From contig OZ316897.1 of assembly GCA_973895155.1 (NCBI GenBank), positions 6,686,470-6,750,469 of the forward strand: a stretch of DNA of 64,000 nt, read 5' to 3'. A model generated the notes under the pieces. That model was not told the origin of the DNA. It ran no database searches and was given only the letters and a program-made list of their open reading frames with translations. The position numbers and the translations under genes were made by a program. This document shows positions 11,898 to 23,290 of the stretch, piece by piece (within the stretch, counting starts at the first letter, position 1; each line of letters opens with the position of its first letter). This DNA is from Marsupella aquatica. Lineage: Eukaryota; Plantae; Marchantiophyta.

Positions 11898-12492
11898 AGG
11901 GGGGCGATTGTGGGTTTTGGACATGTGTGGACATGAGTTCCACTTGTATTCCATTCTCTTTTTGTGATGTGGCAGTGTGACTATGTTTGGATGTATGTGA
12001 CAAGCGATGTATGTTGTGTAGCGATGTGTATGCGCACGACAGCTGTCACACCATTCTAGGTAGTGTTAGAGTGTATCGTACTATCTAGATCCGTATGTTT
12101 GGTATGTGTGCTATATGAGCCGATAAGGTTCCGTCAGGTTTGTGTGAGAGGGTACTTTTCACTTGTGAGGCATTTAAAGGTCATCTTTCAATGTTGAGCC
12201 TTGGAGAGAGAGGAGTTTGAGTGGCTATGGTGGCTGTGAGCTCCGCTTGTGTAACGTGGATTCCTTGAGTAGTGCAAGGTGCGTTGGCTTGACATACGTG
12301 TGTGATCGGATCGGTGCGGGATCGATGGGGTATTGTTGACCGAGATCATTGTGCCGATTGTATGGAGATTATTGTGGGTTTTGGACATGTGTGGACATGA
12401 GTTCCACTTGTATTCCATTCTCTTGTGTTTGTGATGTGGCAGTGTGACTATGTTTGGATGTATGTTGTGTAGCGATGTGTATGGGCACGACA
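11898..12492 (+). repeat. 3' terminal block of element 1: PPT (AGGGGGG 11898-11904), B1 (11907-12041), GC, A2 (12044-12371), B2 (12371-12492)
   Basis: Direct comparison of the repeat copies; junction CACGACAGCTGTCA at 12035-12048. Confidence 0.92.
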
Positions 12493-12544
12493 CTATGTAT
12501 GTACTCAAGAACAAGAATGAGTTCCAAGTCCAAAGGCATGTCAA

Positions 12545-12670
12545 TAGTGTTTTACAATGTTCACAAAAACCTAGTTTGCAAGGGTGTAAACTAGAAATCA
12601 ACCCATGTTTGTGGACAATTTCCAAACCTTTCTCACTCATATGTCTCATCATAGAGTGCCATGAGTGAGT
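12545..12670 (-). pseudogene. Ty1/Copia GAG-pre-integrase domain remnant
   Basis: WHSMMRHMSEKGLEIVHKHGLI...LGFCEHC matches the WHxRLGHxS...CxxC pattern. Confidence 0.7.
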
Positions 12671-13842
12671 CAATGGGATGTTTTTAGGCATTTAATCTTC
12701 GGTCTAGAGTTACTATGTAACTGCAGTTATTCTAACAATTGCCAGGTGCTTAGCTAAGGTTAGATGTGCCACCACTTAATACACTAGCATGACTTAGTTA
12801 GTGATGAAACTTAGGCTCATTAATATAGAGCCAATTTAGAGGTAGGGAGAGCTTTAGTCTATGGAGACTTAGTATAATTGACAAGCTTAGAGTTCAGTTC
12901 AGTTTTCTTGTGTTTCCCCGTGCACATAGCCTCTTGTGAGATCAACCACATATTTCTTGTGTTGAGTACTTGTGTATTTGGTGGATGTTGCATATTTGCA
13001 TGTTATCCTATGAGTAGAAGATGTTTTACTTAACAAAAAACTTGTCTTAGGCATGTTATATGCAATTGTGGCCAATTTGGCCGATATATACACATGCAAT
13101 TGTCTCCGGGGTCTCACTGTGTGGAGGCCTCCCCATCACTTGCAATTTTTGTAGGCCTAGGACCCCCTCAAATGTAAGATTTTATTTTTATTTTTTAACC
13201 TCTATAAAGTTGGAATATTCCAAGTTTTTTATTAAAAACACCGTCTTGTTCCTCTGAGAAAATTTGTAAGTTTTCCCTTGGAACCAATTAAACAACCCTA
13301 TCTTTCTTCGCACATGATGTGCCATTTTTGTAGAAATAAAACCCCCTGAGGCAATTGTTTTATCCATGAAATTGCTTCTACCATGTGGTCATTGTGGCCA
13401 TAAGCATAGTGTTGTCATGCAAGTGAAATTTGTTGGGGAGGGCAAATGTGAGGGCATGGGGACATGAAACAACAACTACATCACAAACTTCAAGCACAAT
13501 TGGTGACAATTTAAGAGGGAGTATTTCTTTGTTTTTCTTCAAATAAATAAGTGTTTTTTACAGTTGAATATATATATATTTTAATTCAAAAATTTCAAAT
13601 TTCAGGGCATCTTGGGCAGACAGTAGATAGAAGGAGTGTATGGGTTTATTTATCAATGCTAAAAAGCCAGTTTTGATGACAACCCAGGATTGGCTCTGGC
13701 CTGTTTCTCATTTTATAAATGGATGAAAGAAGTTTTTGGCAAGAGAGGATATTAGGATGTTTGATGAGGCCAAAATGTTACTTAATGGTAGGACCTGGCC
13801 AGGCCAGACCTTAATAAATGCAAATTGAGTTCCCAAAAATGT

Positions 13843-14310
13843 TGTCACACCATTTAGAGTGGTAGTAAAGTATATCATACTATCTAGGTATAGAGGTTTT
13901 GTATGTGTGCTATATGAGCATTGTGTTTAGTTTGAGTTGGTGTGAGGGATAGTTATCCCCTTTGTGTTGGCTCAAAGGTCTCATCTTGCAATGTTGAGCC
14001 TTTGAGCATGAGCTTGGTGGCTATGGTGTGGCTGACCAGGTTGTGTGCATGTAACGTGGATTCCTTGAAGCACAAGGTGCGTTGGGCTTGACATACATAT
14101 GTGATCGCGTCAGATGGGGTCGTTGTTGGATTAGCACCGATCGTTGTTCGATTTGCACTATTGAAGAAGATTATTGTGGGTTTTGGGCATGTATGGACAT
14201 GGGTTCTATTTGTAGATCATTCTCTTAGGTTTGTGTTGTTAGATTGTGACTATGCTTGGATATGTGTGACAAGCGATGTATGTTGTGTAGCGATGTGTAT
14301 ATGCACGACA
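13843..14310 (+). mobile_element. Solo A+B unit of a family related to element 1
   Basis: Begins TGTCACACC and ends GCACGACA. Colinear with A2-B2 of element 1 (A 13843-14172, B 14173-14310) but diverged. Flanks ATGT/CTGT (4-bp TSD with one mismatch). Confidence 0.85.
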
Positions 14311-14670
14311 CTGTAGGCAATTTCCAAATGTGGTCCCAAGGTGGTCTACTTCTCCTCTCCACCTCAACGTTAAAATGGGCCCACTAATAGCCGTGTAGGA
14401 TCAGGGCGTCCTGCTGCAAAAGCATATAATCTATTCTTGTAAAAGCCAATTGTAGGCTAAGATTGGATCAAATCCCTTAAAATGAACGGCTAAGATTTGA
14501 TCCTAGTAAAAAACTATAGGGTGGCCTTCACATGAATCTTGAAAAGCCCCCTAACTATATATCCACATGAGCCTGAATGGCCATTCTTTGAATATTAATA
14601 GAAAGGATGACAAAAATCACCATGCATAAATAATGGGATATACAATATATCCCAATGTTTTTTCCATCCA

Positions 14671-14860
14671 CATAAATTTGGGTGGGACACTAGAGTCATA
14701 GTCTAGAGGCTTAAGTCTAGAAGCCTAGACCCCAACTTTAGCTTCTCATCACAATTTATTAGTAACATAAATTTTGGTGGGGCCCTAAAGTCACGGTCGC
14801 GAGGCTTCACTCTAGAAGCCTAGACCCCAACTCTAGCTTCTCATGACAATTTCTTAGTAA
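14671..14860. repeat. Diverged ~95-bp tandem duplication
   Basis: TCTAGAAGCCTAGACCCCAACT...TTAGTAA occurs twice. Confidence 0.75.
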
Positions 14861-15270
14861 GCTATGTGGGCTAGTCACTTGTGGGTCAATTTTGGCCCAC
14901 AACGGTTGACTCTTTAATGCCCTGTAAGGTGAAGGGGAAAAATGGTCCCTTAGCTTATATATGTGTATGCAGACAATATGGCATTGTTTAAGATAGTAGC
15001 TTAGTGGTTGCCCCTTTACCCTTAGTCAACAACCCTAAGGCTAGCTTTTCAGTGAATATTATATAGGGTAGATTATTATGTATTTTGGTATGCTAACTCT
15101 GCCTAGGCCGTGGATCTTGGTCAACCATGCCATGATCCTACACATATAGTTTGAATGTTTGAATGCCACCTGAGGAGGAGTTCTGGAAATTGAATAAGGC
15201 ATTACTCAAGGCCTTCTTTGGCAGATTCTCCATGCCCAGGCTTAATCCATTGTGGATGAATCAGGGTTAA

Positions 15271-15583
15271 GGCCCAACTCACATGTACGTCCTGAAGAAT
15301 GCAGCCCTGAATTTCATAGTTGCCCAGCATCTGAGTGAGCTAGAATTACATGCTTGAACCCCTCTTGTGCCAGGCTTGACGGCAATATTTGTGGAATCCC
15401 CAGGGCAAGGGTCAGAAACTTTCCTACATTTGAGCTCCTGACCTTTTATCTCAAACTAAAACAAAAGCAGACGTTGCAAGGCAGTAGATCCTGTTGCCAA
15501 TCCAAATGATATGTGCTTTTTGCCAATGATTTTGCGTGTGCTTAGGGCAGCATTCTTCAGGGCTGCCACATGCAAGTTAGGTC
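15271..15583. mobile_element. Probable MITE (Tourist/PIF-like)
   Basis: Imperfect ~45-bp terminal inverted repeats (ggcccaactcacatg..ctgaagaatgcagccct / agggcagcattcttcag..catgcaagttaggtc), flanked by TAA/TTA. Confidence 0.5.
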
Positions 15584-18500
15584 TTACACTGTTTAGCTCT
15601 TGATTGCTAACTGAAGTCTAAACTTCAACACACAAAAAATTACTTTTTAACTTAGATTTACTAATGGCTAATGTCTTCCCCCCAAATCAATGCCCAAACT
15701 CTCTATTAAAAATGGAGAAAAGTAACAACTGCTTGGAGCAGGTCAATGTGTCATGCTTCATAGATGCTTGTGGTAGTTGTTAAAATCATATAAAAATATT
15801 AATCTAGTGGGTTTCCCTGTCTGCAAGCTAGTTGCACAACTTGCTCAAAGACAGTTAGAAAATTTGGAAAAACTACAAACCAGTAAATGATTTTGTTCAA
15901 ATACAGTGTCCATTTTATTAAAATGCCCTGGCTTAATTTCTGCAAAGGGTGTAGTAGTGTTGAAAATAGGACTCCATGTTTTTTGAAATGGGCTTTGTGA
16001 TTGATTGGATGCTCAGTAATTCTTGTTAGGAGAAGAGGTTACCGGTGTGCAACCATTTCTGCAGGGGCCTGCTATAGTTATAATCTGCTGTCCTGAAAAG
16101 TAGAGCCGGTAACCTCTTTCCGGGTAGGAGTTACGTATGCTAGTGCAGGGCAGGGCTGGGATTATAGACTCTAACCTGCTCCCGGAATATTCAAAGAAGC
16201 TTTCCGGCTGCCGCCAGTCAGCTTCTTTTCATATTCCGGACTCAAGGTTACAGCCTAGTAACCCTGCACCCAGACCTGTATTACCCTATACATCATAAGA
16301 GTTTAGAATATGCTATTATTCAAACATCTCTTCAAATAGAAAGTCCTTTTCTCAAATAGAACACCTTATCTAGAGGGGTTCTTAAATTTTCTCGATGTTC
16401 TGTCCTTTGTGTTTGAAACTCAATTAAAAGTTGTCAAGTGACCTCTTCTGGAATAGAGTGCCTCTGAGCATATTACTAAATTCTAGGACTCAATTCTAGG
16501 CCCGGGCCTTTGTTTTGGGTGAAGACCACAGTACACAAGGTTGTAGAATTTTACCAAGCTCTAACTATTATTTTCCTAGTCTGGCACTTTTTGTTCTTTT
16601 GCACTCTGATATCTATACTATCTGTTGTGTTGGGGACAGTTTCCCGCACAGCTCAACTGACAAAAACATTTCCAAACCAAATGTGAATTTGCAGAAGAGT
16701 TACTATTCCTTCGTATTGTAGCATCATTTCTACAAGTCACAACAAAGCTTTTTATCTCTTTCCCAACAAAGTCTGCATGGCTCAATTTTTTGGCAAAACG
16801 CTGCACAAGAAGGTTCTACTTTGCATTGTTGCGCTATGTAACCCATCACTCTAGTAACTATTGTTCTATGTTTATCTTTCTAATAATAAAGTTCTATCAA
16901 AAGCCTAGAATAAGGGCCAACAGTCTAGAGTGATACCTCCTGGGCAATGTTATGATCAGGGATGAAATTGGAAGGGCATGACGGTACTCACAATCGATTT
17001 ATGAGTAAGGTTTGGGCATCCAGGCTAGTAAAATACAATACAATAGCTGGCCAAATCAAGTGTGACTTGCTAGAAATTGAGACAGGAAAAGTGAAAATGT
17101 CAGCTTACTGGGCAACGAGAGGGGCAACCGGAGGTCTATAACAAACAAGACAAATGGTTCGAAAATCAAGCGATAGTTAAATAGACCAAGCTTGTCAGAT
17201 GCTGATGGCGTTGGACAGTTGGACTGGGGCGGGTCTGAAATGGCGGGGGTGGACAACGCCGACTATTGCCCATCTTTAGTGAAGCCAGATCTGACGGTAA
17301 AAAAGGGCACTGAATTCCATACCATGACTCAGACCGTCCATCTCCAAAGGGAAGGAGCCGGCTCAGGTCCGGCCAGTACAAATGCCGCCACTTTAGCGGG
17401 GGTCCTCAAGTCGCCACTTTAGCAGGGATGCGAAAGTAGAACTTCAGACACTGTACCGCCTGGGTGAGCTGAGCCGTTGGATTCGAGGATCCCAGGCGGG
17501 GATGATTAAAGCCTTAATGATGATTATTATCAGGTGCTAAGCTGGTCTGGCGCTTAAGTAAATGGCCGAAATTAGCGAGGACTGTGGCGAAACACACGGG
17601 GAGAATGGGGGTTTAAGTCTGTCGGGATAGGGACAGAACCAGTCTGCAAAGGTTAAAGAGGAGATTATGGTAAGCGGGAGACAGGTAGCTTAGGTGGTAT
17701 GTGAGACTGCGCCCGAAGCTACTTCCTTCGCAAAACCGTGAGTTCGGGGCCAGCAATTGTGGTCCATTTTGTTCTCCTCCTTTTTCCCTGGTATCGGATC
17801 CTTCTTCTTCCTCCTCTTCTTCCCTCGATCGATCCAGCTGGGCCGGTCCCGGTCCCGGTCCCTATTCCTCCCGCAGCCGGTTTCGCTTCTCCTACGCGAT
17901 CGTCATCCTTTTCTTTCCCGATCCTTTTCTTTGGGGGTCGGTCGGCGTTTTGTACCGAGGTTTGATTTTGGCGCCGTGTTGTGATCATCTCCTCGACTCG
18001 AGTCGCGAGGTGTATGTTTGTGTACAGCGCCGTGTCAGTCCAGGAAGTTGCACCATTGGGTTTTGGAACTGGGAACTTGGAAGGAAAGACGCCACCCGGA
18101 GAAGAAGGCGTTTGTTTAGTCATTCGTGGGTTTGATTAATATCGTGCTGCTGCTGCTGCTGATACTTTGCAAGCTTAGCGTATCTGAGCAGAGCTGGGAG
18201 AGGAACGAAGATGTAGGCAATTTTTTTTGAAATTTCTCTTCACGGTGAGACGAAAAATGCCTTCAGGCGCCTGCCGCAGGTTGCTGCAGCTGTAGCCAAC
18301 ACAAAACACACACAACCTACTTTTAGACGCGTTGTCTGTGGGAAGGATTTTCTCAATACCGCCGTTCTCTTCCTTGCTCTCACTATCTCTCTTTTCTCTC
18401 TCGATCTGCCGCGCATTTTAAGCTCGGAGGTCGTGTGACTTTGTCTTGAGTTGGCTCCTTTCTCCTCTCTTACGGGCGAAGGAGTTTTCCCTACCGCGCG

Positions 18501-19687
18501 AATTGCCGAATCCAATTTCCGCCTTCCTCCTGCCTGTCTGTCACGGCGCATTTCGATCAAAGAGGTCTTCGCCTCGTCAGGGATGTCAAAACTTCTTCAT
18601 TACTTCTGCCTGCAAAATTCTCCTTGCTCACTTTGAATCCCATCGTCATAGCCGTGCGGTGTGTAAAAAGATCACTCGCTAAAGGCTCGTCCACGGGCAT
18701 CAGTGGTCTCGAAGGCTATCCTTCATCCACTGTTGTTTCTGCCTGCCCTACGATTATTTTGTGCCGTGGTTGTGATGTTCTCATCCCTCCCTCTCGTTTG
18801 ACAGAGGCGCTACTAGCCCGGTTCCCGGCTGAAGCTCTGAAAGAAACGGAGGCAGGCTGTCAAAGCTTCTTCACAGGGAGTCATGTTTTAGTCGTATTCT
18901 CTTGTGACGTTTTGGGAACTACAACAATTTTGGAGTGTTTGCAGCGCTCATCTTCCATCGGCAGCTTTTTTAGGTCAAACCACATTCTAAATGCGAAGAA
19001 GTACTTCTGCCGCAAACGGGAGCAGTATGCGTCTTCTACATTTCTTCTGCTGGCTGGCTTGACCCTCTTTGCGATAGCCACCTTGTCTGCGTCGATCTAG
19101 CGGTTCCTCTACTTACATTGATATACATTCGAGAAATATTTGCCACATGCGTTGAGAGTTTTTGTCGGCAACTTTACTGTAGAGCATAGAAAACGGAGAG
19201 AGTGTCTCCTTCATCCTGGTGTTGCCGGATCAAATTGCGAGCAAACTGTGCAATTCAAAATCAGTTGCGTTTTTCTAGGTGTCAGCTCATCACCTCTGGA
19301 ACTCCATTCCCACTTGTTGTTCCTCCTGCGAGCCAACTCGGCTGTAGACATTCCCATAGTCCTGGCTTAGAACAGAAGTCCCAAGGGAAACAAGTTCCTG
19401 ATGTTCACATCGAAGTGAATTATTATAGGTTGGTTGTGTATATTGCGATAGGGAGGGCGAGAGATTTTGTACAGCGTCTGCCACAGCATTTCTGAGGGAG
19501 AAAGGAAGGGGCGAGGTCTTGAGAGGCCGAGACGTGTAGAGACAGTGGCGGAGGTGTTCCCTATCGAGAATTTTGTTCGTGCCATACCCGTTAGTCTTGT
19601 CTGTATCACCATCAGATCCTACCGGGAGCAATATCCCGTCGACTGCCCTGTGAAAAGAATAGTGTATAGGAAGATAAATAGAGAGAA

Positions 19688-22135
19688 ATGGACAAGAGGA
19701 AAGCGCAGATTCCTTTGGTTTGCCACGGTCACTCCCGGCCCATTGTGGATTTGTCTTACAGTCCTATTACGCAAGATGGCTTCTTTCTCGTCAGTGCTAG
19801 TAAAGGTACTGTACTGGATCCATCCATTTGAGTTTTGTGTGTTTGTTCGTGTTCACCATTAGGATTTTAGGTTGTGAAACAGAGAATTTCGCTATAACAA
19901 ATCTAATCGTTGCACGTCTTTAATATCTTTGACCGACTCCTTTCTTTGGTGGCTTGAGATGTCTACCACGATGTGTTACATACCGACCAAGTGAGCATTG
20001 AGTAATGATCAGGCTATCGCGCAATCCTGCTGGGCTGCCTCTTTGCTTGTACTCGTTTCTGCGGTTTTTGGGAATATCCAGATCGCTGAATTTGAATTCG
20101 AAATGCCTTCTCTCCTAGCTAGAATTCCATGAATTCTGAGCGTCGGACTGCTCTCCTACTATCTGTAAATCAAGTAAGACCGTGTGCTATTTCTCTCGTT
20201 GTGCACACATTATTGTGCTTTTAATTATTCACTTTAAAATTCTGCAGATGGAAAGCCAATGCTGAGAAATGGTGAGACTGGGGACTGGATTGGAACTTTT
20301 GATGGACACAAAGGTGCTGTATGGGCTGCTTGTCTTGATACCCCTGCACTGCGTGCAGCCACAGCATCTGCAGATTTCAGCGCGTAAGTCCTTGAGATTT
20401 CAGTCAAAGACTATACTTTCCGAGACAATTCTGAATGGTCTTAGTCAGATATTCGTTGGTCCTGTTTTCTACCTGCGGTCTACCTTCAGGCAAATGACTT
20501 TCGACTAAAACTACATACGCCGGAAAATTTTAAGTGTGCAGCTCATCTAATATGTTGGATGCCAGTCATGGCTCATGCTCTATATTGGAAACGTCAAAGT
20601 TTTTGTAGTTTCACACGTGTATATGGGTTGCCAAACATGTGCAGTCGAGTGTGGGATGCATTGACAGGGGATGAGCTGCAAGCTTTTGAGCACAAGCATA
20701 TAGTCCGAACGTGTGCCTTCTCGGAGGTTGATTTCCAAATATACCCTACTCTTTTCAACCAGCGATTTTCTCCTAGCCTTGACGATTCAGTGTAGTCCTG
20801 TAGAGAGATTCGTGTTGATTCTGAAACATTTGTACTAGAGATTGTGCATGTGTGAGAATTTATATGTGCAGCCTGCTCATGAGTGGCATGATTTTTGGCA
20901 GAGCACAACTTACCTGTTGACTGGAGGTGCAGAGAAGAAATTACGCATTTTTGATTTGAACCGTCCAGATGCCCCACCCACAGAGATTGATGCACTAGGA
21001 ACAGTTAGAGCAGCAGTATGGCACCATAGCGATCAGACTATTCTCACTTCATCAGGGGATTCTGGAGGAATCAGGTAAAAACATTGCACTGGATGATTGA
21101 CTTCGCTCCTCTTCTTTCGTGGGATATTCCGGTTACTTCTGTGCTCTATTTTGTGGCCAAAGTAGCTTTGTAGAAATTATAAGTTAAATTTTTAGAAGAC
21201 TTGAAGCCGGATCTATGTCCACGAGAAACTGGGGAGAATTCTGTTTCGTCACATTTCACAGGAGTTTAGGTTTTAAGGCATTGGCAAAATCTTCTGTTAC
21301 AGGGTGTGGGATGTGCGCACAAAATCTGTAGTTCGGAATTTGGATACCAAATCGCCCTGCACGTCTGTAGAAGTGAGCCGAGATGGCTGTTTTATCACGA
21401 CAGCAGATGGAAATACTGTGAAGTTTTGGGATGCCAATCAGTAAGTACAGCTGCATCATTTATTAAAAATTCTGCATGCCTAGGTGGTGCTTGTGGTATG
21501 ATATGTGCGGTTTGATAATCAGTATTTGCATTTTGAAACTTGAAGTTTTGATTGGACAGTCAAAAAGTATTCTTGCGCGCTCAAAAAGTAGAATTCTGCT
21601 GATGCTTTTGACTTCGTATTGTCAGCTTTGGGTTGGTGAAGAGCTACGCAATGCCAAGGCCTGTGGAGTCTGCATCCCTCTATCCTGGGCTTGGCAAGTT
21701 CATAGCAGGAGGGGACGACATGTGGGTGCGACTCTTTGATTTCGACACTGGAGATGAGATGGGTAAGCTCTAGCCATATGGTTTCGTGCTAGGGAGGTTT
21801 ATGTCAATTGACTGTTTTGAGCATGGGGGTCTGGGGAGCGGAAATGGATTGTGGCAGTGATAGGGTTTTCGTTTGCTTGTTTGTTTGCAGAATGTAACAA
21901 AGGCCATCATGGTCCAGTGCATTGTGTCCGATTTTCTCCTGGGGGAGAATCTTATGCGTCGGGCTCTGAAGATGGGACAATACGAATATGGCGGACCATT
22001 GGACCTGGCACAGAGGGTCACGATGCTGATGGCCATGATAGTAGGGTCAGAGTTGGAGTTGAGGAGGTTGCTAGAAAGGTAGAAGGTTTTCACATCAACA
22101 TGGATGGAAGTATGGACAATGGGTATAAGCATTGA
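19688..22135 (+). CDS. STRAP: Serine-threonine kinase receptor-associated protein (WD40); exons 19688-19805, 20248-20383, 20645-20726, 20902-21074, 21303-21440, 21626-21762, 21891-22135
   Basis: [22 protein letters not shown]...[26 protein letters not shown]...HKHIVR...[35 protein letters not shown] introns keep the frame. Confidence 0.95.
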
Positions 22136-22945
22136 TTGACCGATGGCCAGGCGCTGTTTTTGCGTGGAAGTGTGGATGGCCGTTTGAATAATAGAATGAA
22201 CACGTGTGCCTCCTAAAGGCAGTTAACTTCACATGTCAGGTTTCCAGCCTCTATAAGCCAGCCAGTTCTGTTGTCTCTATTGAAGCGCAGAAGATTGGCT
22301 ATGGAGGGGGGCAACGCCACTATTGTCAAGATTGTAGGTTTCATTTATGGAACTGGAGCCCACCATTTTGAAGTAGTGTTTTAATATCACTCCGCAATTG
22401 GAAGTACGACTTGTCGTTCAAAGTGGCTCCATATAACTCGGATTTGTGAACTAGCTTTGAAGTAGTCTGTGTCTGATGCTGCACAACCTGTCAGTAGATG
22501 ACGTTCGTTTGCAAATAAGATGATAAGATCTGATTTCAGTCGGCTAACCATATCTTATGATTGAATCATGTTTCTCCGAGAAGATATGATCTCAGTCTGC
22601 TTATCGTGTTCCGCAGGCTTTGTGTAATTGTCCGTCAGAAACAAAAAAGAATTTATTGAATCAGAGCACAAAATGATACAGCATAAGAAGACTGGAGACT
22701 CACGAGATGAATACTCTAGGCTTTCCACGTTACTCTAAACTCGCAGTCAAGTACAGTATCTGGCCTTCAAACACGACCAAAAGGTACTGTCTTCGTCAAC
22801 ATCTGATATGGTGGCCCGGTTTAACTTCTGCTCGTGTTTTCCGTATGTATTTTACTCTACGACAAGGCACCCTTTAATAATGATCTGCCATTCCCTCAAC
22901 CCGAAGTTTAAGCATTGGTTTGTAGCCGCACAGAGTACTATGGCA

Positions 22946-23290
22946 TTTCACATTTTTTAGTATAAGTTTCTTGTAGTTTTGTTTGCCGTGTTCCTTTATG
23001 TGATGACTAGCTGTTCAATCACCCCTGAAGCAAGTTGAAATGACCCTAAGTGTAAATTGGTTGGAGCTTTGAAATGGAGGCAGCCGATCCCAATGGTCAC
23101 AAGGAGTATGGATATGACTTTTCACATTTTTTAGTATAAGTTTCCTGTAGTTTTGCTTGCCGTGTTCCTTTATGTGATGACTAGCAGTTCAATCACCCCT
23201 GAAGCAAGTTGAAATGACCCCAAGTGTAAATTGGTTGGAGATTTGAAATGGAGGCAGCCGATCCCAATGGTCACAAGGAGTATGGATATG
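22946..23290. repeat. 174-bp tandem duplication
   Basis: TTTCACATTTTTTAGTATAAG...GGATATG at 22946 and 23120. Confidence 0.92.

Larger units (their letters stand above)
3460..12492 (+). mobile_element. Ty3/Gypsy-type retrotransposon (element 1) with split direct repeats A1-internal-B1-GC-A2-B2, encoding a DNA methyltransferase and a PHD finger; decayed, 5' repeat truncated
   Basis: A1 3460-3679 matches A2 12152-12371 (first ~108 bp of A missing at the 5' end). B1 11907-12041 matches B2 12371-12492. The 3' end is ...CACGACA. Gag, PR, DNMT, RT, RH, IN and PHD motifs lie between the repeats. Confidence 0.93.

Noticed and set aside
17700-19690. Cluster of overlapping ORFs upstream of STRAP
   Set aside because: Low-complexity pyrimidine-rich sequence with no motifs; more plausibly promoter, long 5' UTR and intron of STRAP.
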